A stretch of DNA of 64,000 nucleotides from the human T2T-CHM13v2.0 reference genome, Homo sapiens, in the NCBI RefSeq assembly GCF_009914755.1, contig NC_060936.1; one strand, 5' to 3'. The notes under the pieces were generated by a model. That model was not told the DNA's origin, searched no databases, and worked only from the letters and a program-made list of their open reading frames with translations. Below, in pieces: positions 15,771-29,924 of the stretch (positions are counted from its first letter, which is position 1; each line of letters opens with the position of its first letter). A program made the translations under genes and the position numbers.

Positions 15771-17041
15771 TCAAGTGGCTGGAGAGGGCATTTTAGAACA
15801 CTTAAAATGAAAACCAACTAAAAGAAAACCTAATTCACACATCATTAATAAAAGCCAGTTACTGTATAGAAAGCAGACGGCCTGTATTCTTAAAAAGATG
15901 ATAGGCTTTAACTATCTAGGGCATGAAAAAAAAGTAGGAGTCTAATTATGGATGCTCTTTCTTCTAAAGTAGAGAGATATGTGCATCAAGTTAACAAGCA
16001 CCATTTCTGAGTTTTACAAAGATGAAGTTTTAAAATGTGAATGATCCTGACTTGTCAGCTTAGCAACAATCACAGAATTCATTACTTACATTTTCACTAA
16101 GGGGGGAGGGGTTATCTAGGTCAGTCCACCTAGAGGTAAAAATAGATTTCTGCAATGTTGAAAGAGTACACTGCCTCATTATTATTCCAGTCTCAAAGGC
16201 TGAAATAAGCCCAGCAAGACAGACCATGTAGTTTCCCTGTTATCTCAACAGGTATTGATTTTGAATTTAAAAAATGACCATTCAGTAACTAAGAACTTCA
16301 TCTCATGGAGTCTTTGCCCACTTCTAGGCAGAAACTCCATATCCCTGAAAGATTAGTCGACTCTTCCCATGACCCCCTAGTTCTCATTGGCATTTTTAGG
16401 GGAGCTAATTCACCAAATGAGTTCATAAAAGGGTTCTTTTTAAATCCTATACTAGTTTCCTCCCAAGGAGATGGTGACATCAAGAAATTAGCACTCGATG
16501 TCTTCCTCTCGCATCACATACGTTCTGGGTGTCAGGAAAACATATCTTTACAGCTGCATCCAAGTGAGTTCCACAATACAGGAGCTACGATCATTTAAAT
16601 GGATGAATACTTTCTGCACAGTAAAATTGTTGCTTTCCCTTCATTACAACAGACTTATTGTAGCCTCAGGACAGACTTGAAATTACATCAACCCTGCTTG
16701 AGAAAAGTTATTATTATGAGTTTACAAAAATTTCACTAGTTCTACCTATTCCTCGCTGTCTCAACAATAAAAAACCTAAAAGCAGATAGCTGAGAAGTTT
16801 CAACTGGGACCTCAAGAAGTCCAGCATCACTGTAGTAGAATTTGTGATTACGGTCTGCTGAAGTTCTAGCCCTTCTCTGATTTCCTCTCTTCACTAGATC
16901 TGACTGGCCCAATGTGCTAATTTACGATAATCCGCACATATAATGTCTAACTCAGTTTTAATACACAGCTTATTTAAAAATCGGGTATCTCCATGCTAAC
17001 AATACAAGGCAGCAGGTACAATAACATTGTCAGTAGAATTG

Positions 17042-17043
17042 TT

Positions 17044-17083
<40 letters not shown>

Positions 17084-17350
17084 AGACAGAGTCTCGCTCT
17101 GTGCCCAGGCTGACGCGATCTCGGTTCACTGCAACCTCCGCCTCCCGGGTTCAAGTGATTCTCCGCCTCACCCTCCCGAGTAGCTGGGATTACAGGCGCC
17201 CACCACCACGCCCGGCTAATTTTTGTATTTTTAGTAGAGACAGGGTTTCACCATCTCGGCCAGGCTGGTCTTGAACTCCTGACCTGGTGATCCACCTATC
17301 TCGGCCTCTCAAAGTGGTGGGATTACAGGCATGAGCCACCGCCCCCGGCC
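17042..17350 (-). mobile_element. Alu with (TTTA)n tail and small internal deletion
   Basis: Reverse Alu. TSD gtcagtagaatt / gtcagcagaatt. Confidence 0.92.
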
Positions 17351-19178
17351 CGTCAGCAGAATTTTAAAGAAAATCAAGAAATCACATAAGGTTTTGACCT
17401 TTTAATAGAAAAGACTGGCGTAGACAGGCAACAGTGGCAGATGCGGCAGAAACACTCTGCAGTTACCTTACACAATTGCTTTACCACATTCCACCTAAGC
17501 AGTTGAGGCACAAACTTTATCACCACCATTTTACAGGTTATGAAGAGTGAGTTTTGTAAAGTTGCATGAGTTTTGCCAAACCACTTAAATGAGTTGACAA
17601 TGAGCCATCCATCCCGCTAAGATTACTAATCTTGTTTACACAAAGAAGATCACAGTTGTGACAAGAAAAAACAAGCTTTCACATTTCAAGTCTGCAATAT
17701 TAACTTTACAGAATCCTCTCAATTACAAATGCATTCGAAGATGATCTCCTTTTCTTCATAGTTCTGTTAACTAGCATTACAGCTATCCAAGAAGAAATGT
17801 CTACCTGTGGGTAAGCACATTTCTTCAATGTTTATTCCAAATGGAGTTTCTGGTTATTTTCACAGCAAACTGTTACGAAACTTATACAGAAAGTGCAAAA
17901 ACAAGAGAATTGTAAGATTGAGATGAGTGCATGAGGTATTATTCCACCAAATATATTCAATCTGTAAAAACTCAAATCATCCTTCCAAAATGATTAACAG
18001 ATGCTAAAGGAAAAAGGGAAAGCGGGCAAATAAACCAGAGACTCATTGCTTCACTTCTGGGGCAATCGATTACTACTTCAAATTATGAGTGAAGACCAAA
18101 ATCCTGCACAAAGGGCCGCGACACAACCCCGTCACTATTGCTACTATTTCCATCCAGTTGGTCTCTCGATCTCGGAAGTGGCAGGCCAGAATCTGAGCCC
18201 GGCTCTCCCTCCGTGAACTTTACACAGAGGCTGACACCCAAATCCCCAGTTCTCGGACAAGCGAGTAAGTAGTTGGCGGAGCAAAGAACAACTCCAGGTG
18301 CCTCCTGCCAGAACAGATGCCAGCGTGGAGGAGGTGCTTTGTTAAATGGCACTTCAATCAGCCCTGGGGAGAACGGGTTACAGAGCCTCACATCCAGCCT
18401 CGACGATTCAACAGCCCGGGAGGGCAAAGGTATTCACCGGGGAGGGCGAAGGCTTCCTCTCCCAGGACAGACCCGCGCTTGGGCTGCGGCCTCCGTCTTT
18501 ATTTTGAAGCCCTACAGGGCTCGTCTCTGCAGCAGGCTCAGAATGAGCTATTTTCGCCCACAGCCAAAATCAGCAACAGCAAATTACACTGCAAACAATG
18601 GCGAGGGCGCCTGCTCGGCTCGGCTCGAAACTCCGGAGAGGCAGCGCAAAGATTCTGACTTTTCACTTGGGCAGAGCCCGTCCGCCGCCTCCCCGCGCTC
18701 CGGCTGCGCACCGCGCTCGGGTTCCGGCCACACGCCCCGAGGACAGGGAGACAGGGCGGCCGCCGGGACGTTCGGCGGGGAGGGCACCGTCACACCCAGG
18801 GCGAGACCCCGGAGACCTGGAGACGCGGGGCCGCGGGTGGCCGGGTGGCGGGATTCCCTCGCGGAGCGGCGGGCGCTCCCTGGCGGGGAGGACAGCAGAG
18901 CGCGGGCCGTCGGGGAACCGGGCGTCCCGCATAGCGCGCGGGGACCTGGGCGCCGTGAGGGGCAGGCGGACCTGGGATCCCAGAACCGCAGCCTGGGCTC
19001 CGACGCCCCCGACGCCCACCCTTTTAGCTCGGAGGATCGGGGAGGCACGGACCTCCGGCGGCAGCGGAGGGCGGCGGCGAAACGCCGGGGGCGCGTGGGT
19101 TAGCACTGAGCCGCCGCCCCAGCCCGCCTCGCCCCCGGGCCCGCGCGCACCCGCCGCCCCCCAGCCCGCTGCGCTCAC

Positions 19179-19256
19179 CCGGCTCTTGCAGCGGTGGTGC
19201 CGGCCGGGGTCCGAGTAGGTCCGGTCCACGGTGAGCGCCGTGTCGCTGCCCGGCAT
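19179..19256 (-). CDS. TMCC3: First coding exon of transmembrane and coiled-coil domain family member 3 (26 codons, MPGSDTALTVDRTYSDPGRHHRCKSR), ending in a phase-0 donor
   Basis: Peptide recognised as the TMCC3 N-terminus. ATG at 19256-19254 has G at -3. An in-frame TGA lies upstream (19331-19329). The exon ends at CGG|GTGAGC (GT at 19178-19177) and sits in a CpG island. Confidence 0.93.
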
Positions 19257-19400
19257 CTCCGCGCTCCGGCCGCGAACTTTCCCGTCTTCTGGGGCTGCCG
19301 CGCCGCGAGCCACCGGCCGTGCTCGGGATCACCCTGGGAGCCGCGGGCGAGGGGGCGGCGCGGCTGCTGCAGCTGTTGCCTCTGGTGCCAACACCCGCGC
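19257..19400 (-). other. TMCC3: TMCC3 5' UTR / TSS region (upper bound approximate)
   Basis: GC-rich sequence with no minus-strand ATG between the start codon and the GC-box cluster. The exact TSS cannot be read from sequence. Confidence 0.6.
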
Positions 19401-19865
19401 GGCCGCCCTGCGCCGCCGCCGCCGCGGGGTGGGGGAGGCGGGGCAGGAGGCGAGAGTCTCCTCCCCCTTCCCTTCTCCCCGCCTCTCCCGCGCCCCGCAG
19501 CCGCCTGGACCCCCCACCCACCCCCGACCCGGGAGGCAATGTCTTCGCCTCCCTCCCTGGCTGAAAGTTGATTCCATCCCCTCCCACACAGCCCTCTTTC
19601 TCCCCAAAAGATAAGCGACATCCACACTACACTATCTGTTGACTTATTTTATATATAAAAGGTGACTGTTACTGCAAGAAGTTGACACTTGCCTTAAATG
19701 CCTCTTTTTATGTTATTCTCCATTCAACAGGCACTTACTGGGCAGCTGCCATGTACCAGACGCTGGACTAGAGACCAGAGATTTAAAGTAAAAAAATGAA
19801 ATAAAATAAAAACTCCCCCCGACCATGATTGCCCTGAGCATAGAGCATACTTCCACTTAAACTAA

Positions 19866-20225
<360 letters not shown>

Positions 20226-21264
20226 TTACCTTTATGTTTTAAGCTACTTGGAAGTCAGGATATCTTTTCATTTTAGTATTCCCCATTCCCAGTCATCAGT
20301 CCCTGCCCACAAGGAATTTGGAGTTTAGAAGAGGAAGGACCATTGGTGAACAATTTAAATATCAGTAACCCCAAACAAAATTCAAAACACCTGTTCTGGC
20401 TCTGTAGGGTGTACAGTGGGAGACTGGGCTGAAATATTTAAAGTGCAGCTGTTCCAGAGAGGACCTGGAGCCCAGTGTGACCAGTCCAGGGGGAGGGAAG
20501 GATTTCCCTCATAGGGTTCAAAGGGGACGGTAGAGCAGGCTGAAGAAAACTTTGGAGCCCCTAAAATCAGAGGTACATTTGGGAAAACCTCAAGTCATCA
20601 GTTTTGGGGAGTGTCCTCAGGAACAGGAAGACATGATGGAAAAGAAGGCAGAGACCATGCAGAATCTTCGTTCAAGGGTAAGAAGTTCAGCCTTATTCTG
20701 TGGGAACTGGGTAGCTGTTGGAAATTCTTGAACAGGGAAATGATAGCATGGGAATGGAAGTTTAAGGAGAAGGTATATCTGACATCAGGGTGAAGCAGCG
20801 ATTGAAGATGGGCAAAACACACTGGCTTCTTAGAAGGCCACTGTAAAGACAGAATAGCCTAATTATCCTTCAGAAGGAGACTAAGTAAATAAATGATGGT
20901 ACATCATCCAATAGAATATTAGGTAACTGGAATAGAAATGAGGCAGCCCTCTATGAATAGCTTTGGAAGCAAATCTAACATACATGGTTCAGTGGAAAAA
21001 AAGCAATGTGCAGGATAATATATATGGCATTCCACCATTTATGTAAAAACAATATATGTTATGTGCTTCTACATGCACGACATATATCTGGGAGGATAAA
21101 TAAGAAACTAGGGAAACAGACAAGAAATTGATGCCAAGAGAGGGGAACCAGGTAGCTAGAAGGCAGAGATGGAGAGAGATCTAATTTTCACTGTGTATAC
21201 TTTTGAAACTTGAATGTTTATACTGTGGGCATATATTAACTATTCAGAAAGTAAAATTTTTTAA

Positions 21265-21453
<189 letters not shown>

Positions 21454-21628
21454 GTTAAAACTAACTTAAGAAGAAATTGAAAGTCCCATGTAGTCCTTAA
21501 GCCATTCAAAAAATTAAATCAACACTTTTAAAAATACCCATCTACCACTACCCCAACACACAACTATACCAGACCCAGAGAGTTTTTCAGGTAAGTTCTT
21601 TGAAAGAAGAGAAATACCAAACGCTGGG

Positions 21629-21630
<2 letters not shown>

Positions 21631-21664
<34 letters not shown>
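21631..21664 (+). repeat. (GT)17 microsatellite
   Basis: Perfect GT run. Confidence 0.97.
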
Positions 21665-21665
<1 letters not shown>

Positions 21666-21900
21666 GGAGGGAGATTTTAGCTAGGGTGGCTAGAGAAGTC
21701 CTCCATGATAAGGTGACCTTGAGCAGAGACTTGGGAAATGAGGAAGCCAGAAGTATAGACATTGAAAATTTCCAGCAGACAAACAGAAAGTCAAGGGCCC
21801 TGAACATTTCGGGAGTGTTCAAGGAAGAGCAAGGAGGCCAGTGTTCACTGGAAAGAGATGAGGTCAGAGACATTTCAGAGGGCCAGATCATATATGGACT
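21665..21900 (-). mobile_element. L2 fragment
   Basis: aggtgacctttgagcagagactt...gatgaggtcagaga...gggccagatcat. Confidence 0.6.
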
Positions 21901-21929
21901 TTCATTCTATTTTAAGAACTTTAATTTTA

Positions 21930-22306
<377 letters not shown>

Positions 22307-22389
22307 TCACTTGGATGAAAATAAAATTGATCTCTACCTCACAGCATAAACAAAAACCAATACCAGATAAAGGAAAAATAAAGAAAAAA

Positions 22390-22531
22390 AATTAGCTGGA
22401 CATGGTGGCTTGCACCTGTAATCCCAGCTGTTCAGGAGGCTGAAGCAAGAGGTTCACTTGAGGCCAGGAATTCAGCCTGGGCAACAGAGCAAGACCTGTC
22501 TCTAAAAAAATTAAAAATTAAAAAAAAAAAA
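22390..22531 (+). mobile_element. Partial Alu monomer within L1-like A-rich sequence
   Basis: attagctggacatggtggcttgcacctgtaatcccagc...cagcctgggcaacagagcaagac plus A tail. Confidence 0.75.
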
Positions 22532-22828
22532 CAGATTAAAGACTTAAAGTGGAAAAAACACAACTTAAAATTGTCAGAAGAAAATGAAAGAATATCATTA
22601 TTATCATCTCAAGTAAAAAAAAAAACAAGACACAAAAAGCATAAACCACAAAGGTTTGACATTAAAAAAATTAAACTTCTGCTTATGAAAATAAACAATA
22701 AAGTAAAAAAATAAGCCACAGACCAAACTCCAGCTAAAAAAAAAAATCAATATGGACAAATTTCACAAACAATACTGAGAAACAAAAAAAGCAAGCCACA
22801 AAAAATTACTTGCAGTAAGATTCATGTA

Positions 22829-22959
22829 GGCTGTGTGGTAGCTCATGTCTATAATCCCAGCACTTTAGGAGGCTGAGGTGGGAGGATCACTTGAGCCCAG
22901 GAGTTCGAGACCAGCCTGGGCAATATAGTGAGACCTTGTCTCCACAAAAAAAAAAAAAA
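22829..22959 (+). mobile_element. FLAM-like free left Alu monomer
   Basis: Left-arm sequence ending directly in poly-A. TSD aagattcatgta at 22817-22828 and 22960-22971. Confidence 0.88.
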
Positions 22960-22974
22960 AAGATTCATGTAAAG

Positions 22975-23302
22975 TTTTTGTTTGGTTGGTTTTTTTGTTT
23001 GTTTGTTTTTGGTTTTGAGACAGAGTCTCACTCTGTCGCCCAGGCTGGAGTGCAGTGGCACGATCACAGCTCACTACAACCTCTGGCTCCCAAGTTAAAG
23101 TGATTCTCATGCCTCGGCCTCCTGAGTATCTGGATTGCAGGTGTGCACCACCATGCCCGGCTAATTTTTGTGTTTTTAGTAGACATGGGGTTTCACCATG
23201 TTGGCCAGGCTGGTCTTGAACTCCTTGCCTCAAGTTCAAGTGATCCACCCGCCTCACCCTCCCAAAGTGCTGGATTGCAGGCGTGAGCCACCACGCCCAG
23301 CC
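22975..23302 (-). mobile_element. Alu (AluS-like)
   Basis: Reverse Alu. TSD ttcatgtaaagttt / ttcctgtaaagttt. Confidence 0.92.
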
Positions 23303-24864
23303 TTCCTGTAAAGTTTAAGAAAAGCAAGAGGATAATAAACACAAATTTCAGGACAGTATCTCTGGTGGGGAGATGAAGAAGGCTTCAATAGAAGAGGGGT
23401 ACACAATTATAAATATATAATGCTCTTTAACAAATGACTGTTGGTACACTGGATGTACATTCATTCATACATACACACAATAGTGAAGAATAATTTAAAA
23501 TTTTAAAGGTAACAGAGTCTCAAAGGAACAGATATGGTGATATCCTTAATTCTGGAATTCAAATCACCAGTTAGGGGTACCTTCTCAAATAAATAAACAT
23601 AATAGCACTTTACGTGTGAATAAACTCAGAGAGGCCCTGACAAACCAGGGTTGGGCTTTGCTTGGGGGTACCAACAGGCATCTACTTTCCATTTCTGTTA
23701 CTGTCTTGATGTTTCTTAGAATTCCATCCTGGAATGCTGACCCTCAATGAGAAGGATAAATTAAAACTTTATTAGGCTCATTTAAATGTCAATTAACAAA
23801 GGATGTTCTTTTTTAGATCATTTAAATTTATTTCATAAGCTAGTTGCCCAAAAGCTGCTCTGCTGGGCACTCATACAAAATTATTTTTTAAAAATATACA
23901 AATTAAATAGCAGAAGAGCAAGCTCCCCAGAACAGAAAGAAAACAAGCAGTGCTGATCACCATCTGGGTCTCCTTTTGGGAGGCAGAACCCAAGGGGAAA
24001 ATAGACCACATCCCCTCCTTTGGACGCAATGCCAATGCCTAGGGTTTTGTCAGCCCTGGAGAGAGAGAGAGAGGGAGAGCGCAGGTGCAAATTCCTCCTG
24101 TCAATGTAAGAATTCTGTGCTTTTGATACCTCCAAGAGCCTCTCTCTGCAGAAAGTATGGAAAATATCGCACTGTTAAAATAACAAATGCAGTCAGAACA
24201 ATAAGAAATACAAAGGTTCATACCTAAGGTGTGAAATAAGAATTTACTTGCAAACTATAAGGAAGGAGCACAACAAGACAGCAGATGCTAAAAGCACCAA
24301 AGAAGAGACCAGGTCATTTGAGCTGTAATAGTTTAAAGTTTGGAGTGAAAGGCCTATGGAAAGAGGTAGGACTACACTTGACTTTTGTAGTGCGTGTTTG
24401 TTGTTTCAGCCTGCCCAGGATCCCACCCCTTATTCTGAAGACAGTACCTAGGTTTTCTATTGGGACCTACCCTACTCCTACTTTTAATCCAAATGGCTTA
24501 GATAAGGTGGACCATTCCCATCCTTGGATCCAGAGAGTGGCATGTCATCCAGCCTTGGCCAGTCAGAGTCACTGTGGCTTGTGCAGGGATGGGCACATGA
24601 GCTAATCAGAGCAGATGAGAGTCATCCCCAGACTTTTGTCAGAACTGCTGGGAAAGCCTATGCCCTTCCAGTGGGCATTGCTAAGCTGGTACAATGCAAG
24701 CCTGATGCTGTAGTGGACATCCTTCCACCATATAAAGACAGCCTCCCTGGGAAAGCAGAGCCATGAAACGGAGAAAGACTTCTTACTAAATCCTTAGAGC
24801 ACTAGATCCAGCATTTTCCATCTGCTATCGCTGCATGACAAACCACCTTAAAATGCTTTGGCTT

Positions 24865-25308
<444 letters not shown>

Positions 25309-25315
25309 TCATATG

Positions 25316-26283
25316 AGTGACATTATTATATATATATATACATTGGTTTTCACCCATGGTTCCTGGCTTATAATTACCAATGCCCCTGTAATAGTCTCTT
25401 GTCATGATTTTGGGGCACTTTAGATCCCAGAAGCCAGCCTCAGAAGCCTTATCCTACCCTTGTTCCAGCTGCTCTTTTCTCTCCTGAAGGAAGGAATCTT
25501 CCCCCGCCTTTCTGTCATGCAGCTGGCCATGAAGAAATTCTCTGACCTACCTTGTCTGACTGTAGGACATAAGGTTCATTTTAGAAGGGGTCCTGCTCCA
25601 TACCCTGGAGGAAAGAATGCTGCACAGAGAAGCCAAGAAGAATCTGAACAGACAGGCCTTGCTGGGTCTCGCCACTCAGTCTCTTAGTACTAGATCATAT
25701 ACCCTTTTGTCCAGTCACATTTCTACATGGTTGTCAATCATGCCCACCCAGTGACGTCTCCATAAAAGGCCGAAGAGTACAGGGTTCAGGGGGCTTCTGG
25801 ATAGCTGGACATCTATGGAGGGTGGTGTACTCAGGGAAGACACAGAAGCCCTGCGCTCCTTCCCCTACCTCGTCCCATGCATCTCTTCATCTGTATCCTT
25901 TCTGATATCCTTTATACTAAACCGGTAAATGTAAAATATAAGGTTCCCTGAGTTCTGTGTGCTGCTCTAGCAAATTAATCAAACCCAAAGAGGGGGTCAT
26001 GGGAACCCCAACATGAAGCCGGTTGGCCCGAAGTTCTGAAGGCCTGGGCTTGTGACTGGCATTTGAAGGGCAGTCTTGGGGACTCTGCCTTCAAACTGTG
26101 GGGTCTGACGCTATCTCCAGGTAGAGGTGGAGGACACCCAGCTGGTGTCCAGAACTGATTGCTTGCTTGGTGTGTGGGGAAACCCCTCTCCCATATTTGG
26201 TCACAGAAGTCTTCTGTGTTTATTGTTTTTGTAGTGTGAGAACAGAGGAAAAACATAGTTTGAGTTGATTTTTCTACAAACAA
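25316..26283 (+). mobile_element. MER21A-like LTR
   Basis: ggttcctggcttataa...ggggtcctgctccataccctggagg...gccaagaagaatctgaacagacaggccttgctggg...ctgctctagcaaattaatcaaaccc matches recalled MER21A. Confidence 0.75.
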
Positions 26284-26377
26284 CGTGTCAGCACCTATAA
26301 GACTTAGGGTGGCTGGAATGGTGGGGGCTGGCCGGGCCTCTGTCTTTATTTTTATATGTTTATAGTTTTTTAAAAAA

Positions 26378-26633
26378 CTTTTTATCTTACTCTGTCACCT
26401 GGGCTGGAGTGTGATGGCATGACCATAGCTCACGGCAGCCTCAAACACCCAGATTCAAGCTATCCTGCCACCTCATTCTCCTGAGTAGCTGGGACTACAG
26501 GTGCATCAGCACGCCTGTCTATTTTTTGTAGCGACAGGGTCTTGCTGTGTGCCTAGGCTGATCTTAACTCCTGGCCTCTCCCACCTCAGCCTCCCAAAGC
26601 TGGGATTATAGGCATGAGCCACTGTAGCCGGCC
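26378..26633 (-). mobile_element. Alu (old AluJ-like, with deletions)
   Basis: Diverged reverse Alu. TSD tgtttata(g/c)tttttt. Confidence 0.82.
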
Positions 26634-28801
26634 TGTTTATACTTTTTTAAATACTTTTTTTTATAGTCTCTCATCTCTCCATCAGGGTAGTTGGATTTTT
26701 TTACATGGTGGCTGCCTTCTAACACAGCAAAAACAAAAGCTGCCAAATCTCCTAAGGCCTAGCCTAGAACTGGCAGATTATCACTTCCATCACATTCTAC
26801 TGGTCAAGGCAAGTCAAAAGTCCAGCTCAGACTCCAGGGGAGGAGAAACGGGGTCTACCTGTTGAGGGAAGGAGTGATGTGCACATAGATGGGAGAAATT
26901 GCTGACTGCCATTTTGGCAGCCAATCCACCACACCAGCCTTGCCTAGACCACCTTTTCAGTGATATGAAGCAATGGATTCCTCTTTTTGCTCAAGCCCGT
27001 TAGAGATGGGGTTTCTGACTCCTGCAACCCAAAGAATCCTGTCTGATGCAACATTCAATGCAGGGTATGGGCAGAAAGAAGACAAGGAAAAGGGCAGCAT
27101 TTCAAGAGAAGGCAAGAACTTTGAACAGCACAAATAAAGGGAGAATCAACAGAGGATTCTAGTGGGGGCACCAAGGACTCTAGAGTTTTCTCAGGCCACT
27201 AGCTTGAGTCTTCTGTGGTCAGTCCACACCAGATTACCTGTGAACTGCTCAACTATTTACAGTCTGGACTAATTATTTCAATACAAAGGTTATAATACAT
27301 TATATTCTTTAAATATTTCATGTGATAATTTCTATGCTTCCCCCCTACACACACTAGAGTATAGGTTACCTGAAGGAAAGGACTGTACTTTCCAGGTACA
27401 TGTAGGTATTCTGGACAGTTCTTAACATAGTATTCAATAAATGTTTGCTGAGTGAATGAGATCAACATTATTAAATGTCTACTTATTTCCTAGGCATTGG
27501 GGTTTTAAAAAATGACTCCGACATAAGCAAAAACTAGTGTCTGTTCCTAAGGGGTTGGAATGGGTAATAGGAAAGGATGAAAATTCACTGAATGATGGAT
27601 GTTACCAATTTTCAGCTACTAAGTAGTTAATGACATTTGTGAATTCTCCCGTCATTTATTGAGCACCTTTGGTGTGACAGCCTCTGCTCTTGGTGCTGAG
27701 AATATAGAAATGAGTAAGACATCCAGAAGGGACAGCCCATCTAGACAGTGAGGCAGACACCTCCAAAAACGTTGCTGTAGATGCCAGGATAGTTATGTGC
27801 TTGGCATGGTAGTAGGACAAAGGAAGGAGGTGGTCTCCTCATGCAGCTCACTTCCTTAGATGTTTCAGTCCTATGGTCATCACAGCAGGGAGAAGGAGAG
27901 ACAAGGAAAGCCAGATGTTGAAAACAAAAGTACAAGCCTCTTGTAAAGGAAAGGAAAATGTATTTCTTTTCATATTCCAGTTTGATTTAATAGTGCAGGG
28001 AAGTGTTCCCTTTGGGGGAAAGAGTCATAAGACAAAAAGTACAACAAGCTTCCCTCTGCAAGGATATAAGAACAGAGCAAAAGGAAGAATAAATCAGGTT
28101 TTTAAAATGTATTCTTCTAGCTTGAGGTGAACACATGCTGATCAGCTCTACATATCTATATTACAGATAGATAGATAGAAATGCTTATGCTGCGGATCAG
28201 CAGCTTTCTGGCCTGATGCAAACATGGATCTCTAATTCTAACTACCTGGTTTATAGCCAACTAAAAATGACCACACTCTTAACATCTACATTTAATTTCT
28301 AACATACCATGTTCTATGTGACTGCAAATAAACAATCACTGCTACTTATTTAGTATTAGCAATTATCTGGCACAGAAGCCCGAAACTTCCACTTGGCAAG
28401 ATTTTGATTAAAAACAGGAAAGTAGACAGACTCAATTGAAACTCTGCAGGCTAGGGAACTTGCCTTTGAATATTCCTTTTTTTAGCAAATGCAACAATTC
28501 CATGCTATTGATTTCTCAAGAGCAATGAGAAAATTCTCCAGGCTGCCTTCAAGTGTCCTGGGAGATGGTCTTCAACATGTGCCTTGCCTGCAGACTTGAG
28601 GCTACATAAAGAAGTACAAAAATGTATTTTACTTCATCAAAAGTAAACGCTTTTGCTTCTCAAAAAACTCTGATAAGAGGATAAAAAGACAAGATACAGA
28701 TGGGAAGAAAATATTTACAAAACCAAACATATAACAAGTGATGAGTACCTAGAATGTATAAAGAATTCTCAAAACTCTATAGTAAAAAATAAACAATCCT
28801 T

Positions 28802-29110
28802 GGCCCGGCGCAGTGGCTCATATGTGCAATCCTAGCACTTTGGGAGGCCAAGGTGGCAGATCACTTGAGATCAGGAGTTCAAAATCAGCCTGGCCCATAT
28901 GGTGAAGCCCCGTCTCTACTAAAAATACAAAAAAAATTAGTGGGGCGTGGTGGCGGGTGCCTGTAATCTCAGCTGCTTGCGAGGCCTAGGCAGGAGAATC
29001 ACTTGAACCCGGGAGGCGGAGATTGCAGTGAGCCGAGATGGCGGCACTGTACTCCAGCCTGGGAGACAGAGCAAGACTCCATCTCAAATAACAATAAAAA
29101 TAAAAATAAA
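28802..29110 (+). mobile_element. Alu (AluS-like)
   Basis: Full Alu with mixed A tail. Confidence 0.92.
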
Positions 29111-29640
29111 TCCAATTTAAAAATGAGCAAAACATAGGAACAGACATTTCACTGAAGAGAATATACTAATGGCAAATAAACACATGAAAAGATGTTAAAT
29201 GTCATTAGCTATTAGGGAAATGCAAATTAAAACCACAATGAGATGTTACTGCTCACTTATCAGAATGGCTACAATAAAAACGAGTTATAACACATATTGC
29301 TGGCAAGGATGTGGAGAAACTACATAAATCATACATTGCTGGTAGGAATGTAAAATGGTTCAGCCTCTCTGGAAAGCAGTTTGACAGTTTTTTATAAAAC
29401 TAAAACATGCAAATCTCCCATCTGACCCAGCAACTGCACTCTCAGGCATTTATCCCAGAAAGAAAACATGTTCAAACAGAAACCTATACACAAATATTCA
29501 TAGCAGCTTTATTCGTAATTGCCAAAACCTGGTAGCAGCACCATGTCCTTCAACATGTGAATGGTTAAACAACTGTGGTACATCCATACCATGGAATATG
29601 ACTCAACAATAAAAAGGAACAAACTATTTGATATGCATCC

Positions 29641-29924
29641 TTTTTTTTTTTTGAGATGAAGTCTCGCTCTTTCTCCCAGGCTGGGGTGCAGTGGCACAAT
29701 CTCAGCTCACTGCAACCTCCGCCTCCCAATTCTCCTGCCTCAGCTTCCCAAATAGCTGGGATTGCAGGTGCCTGCCATCACACCCAGCTAATTGTTGTAT
29801 TTTTAGTAGAGACAGGGTTTCACCATGTTGGCCAGGCTAGTCTCAAACTCCTGACCTCAAGTGATCTGCCCACCTCGGCCTCCCAAAGTGCTGGGATTAC
29901 AGGCATGAGCCACCGCACCCGGCC
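29641..29924 (-). mobile_element. Alu (AluS-like), no clear TSD
   Basis: Reverse Alu consensus with a small internal deletion. Confidence 0.92.

Larger units (their letters stand above)
18560..19560. promoter_or_regulatory. CpG island / TATA-less promoter of TMCC3
   Basis: About 1 kb of very high GC with dense CpG, GC boxes (e.g. GGGAGGCGGGG near 19433-19443), a short GCC repeat at 19411-19425 and G-runs. It contrasts sharply with the CpG-depleted flanks. Confidence 0.93.

Noticed and set aside
16298-16680. 97-aa ATG ORF (16305-16598) and overlapping ORFs in unique intronic sequence
   Set aside because: No recognisable protein similarity, antisense to TMCC3, and no poly-A or TSD suggesting a retrocopy. 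The length is within chance expectation.
19411-19425. (GCC)n run in the promoter as an expansion locus
   Set aside because: Only about 5 units, which is ordinary for CpG islands.
18083-19627. Many long overlapping ORFs on both strands (up to 276 aa) around the CpG island
   Set aside because: Stop-codon scarcity in very GC-rich DNA. They are Arg/Pro/Gly/Ala-biased, often with non-ATG starts. Only the 26-codon TMCC3 segment is recognisable and bounded by a splice donor.
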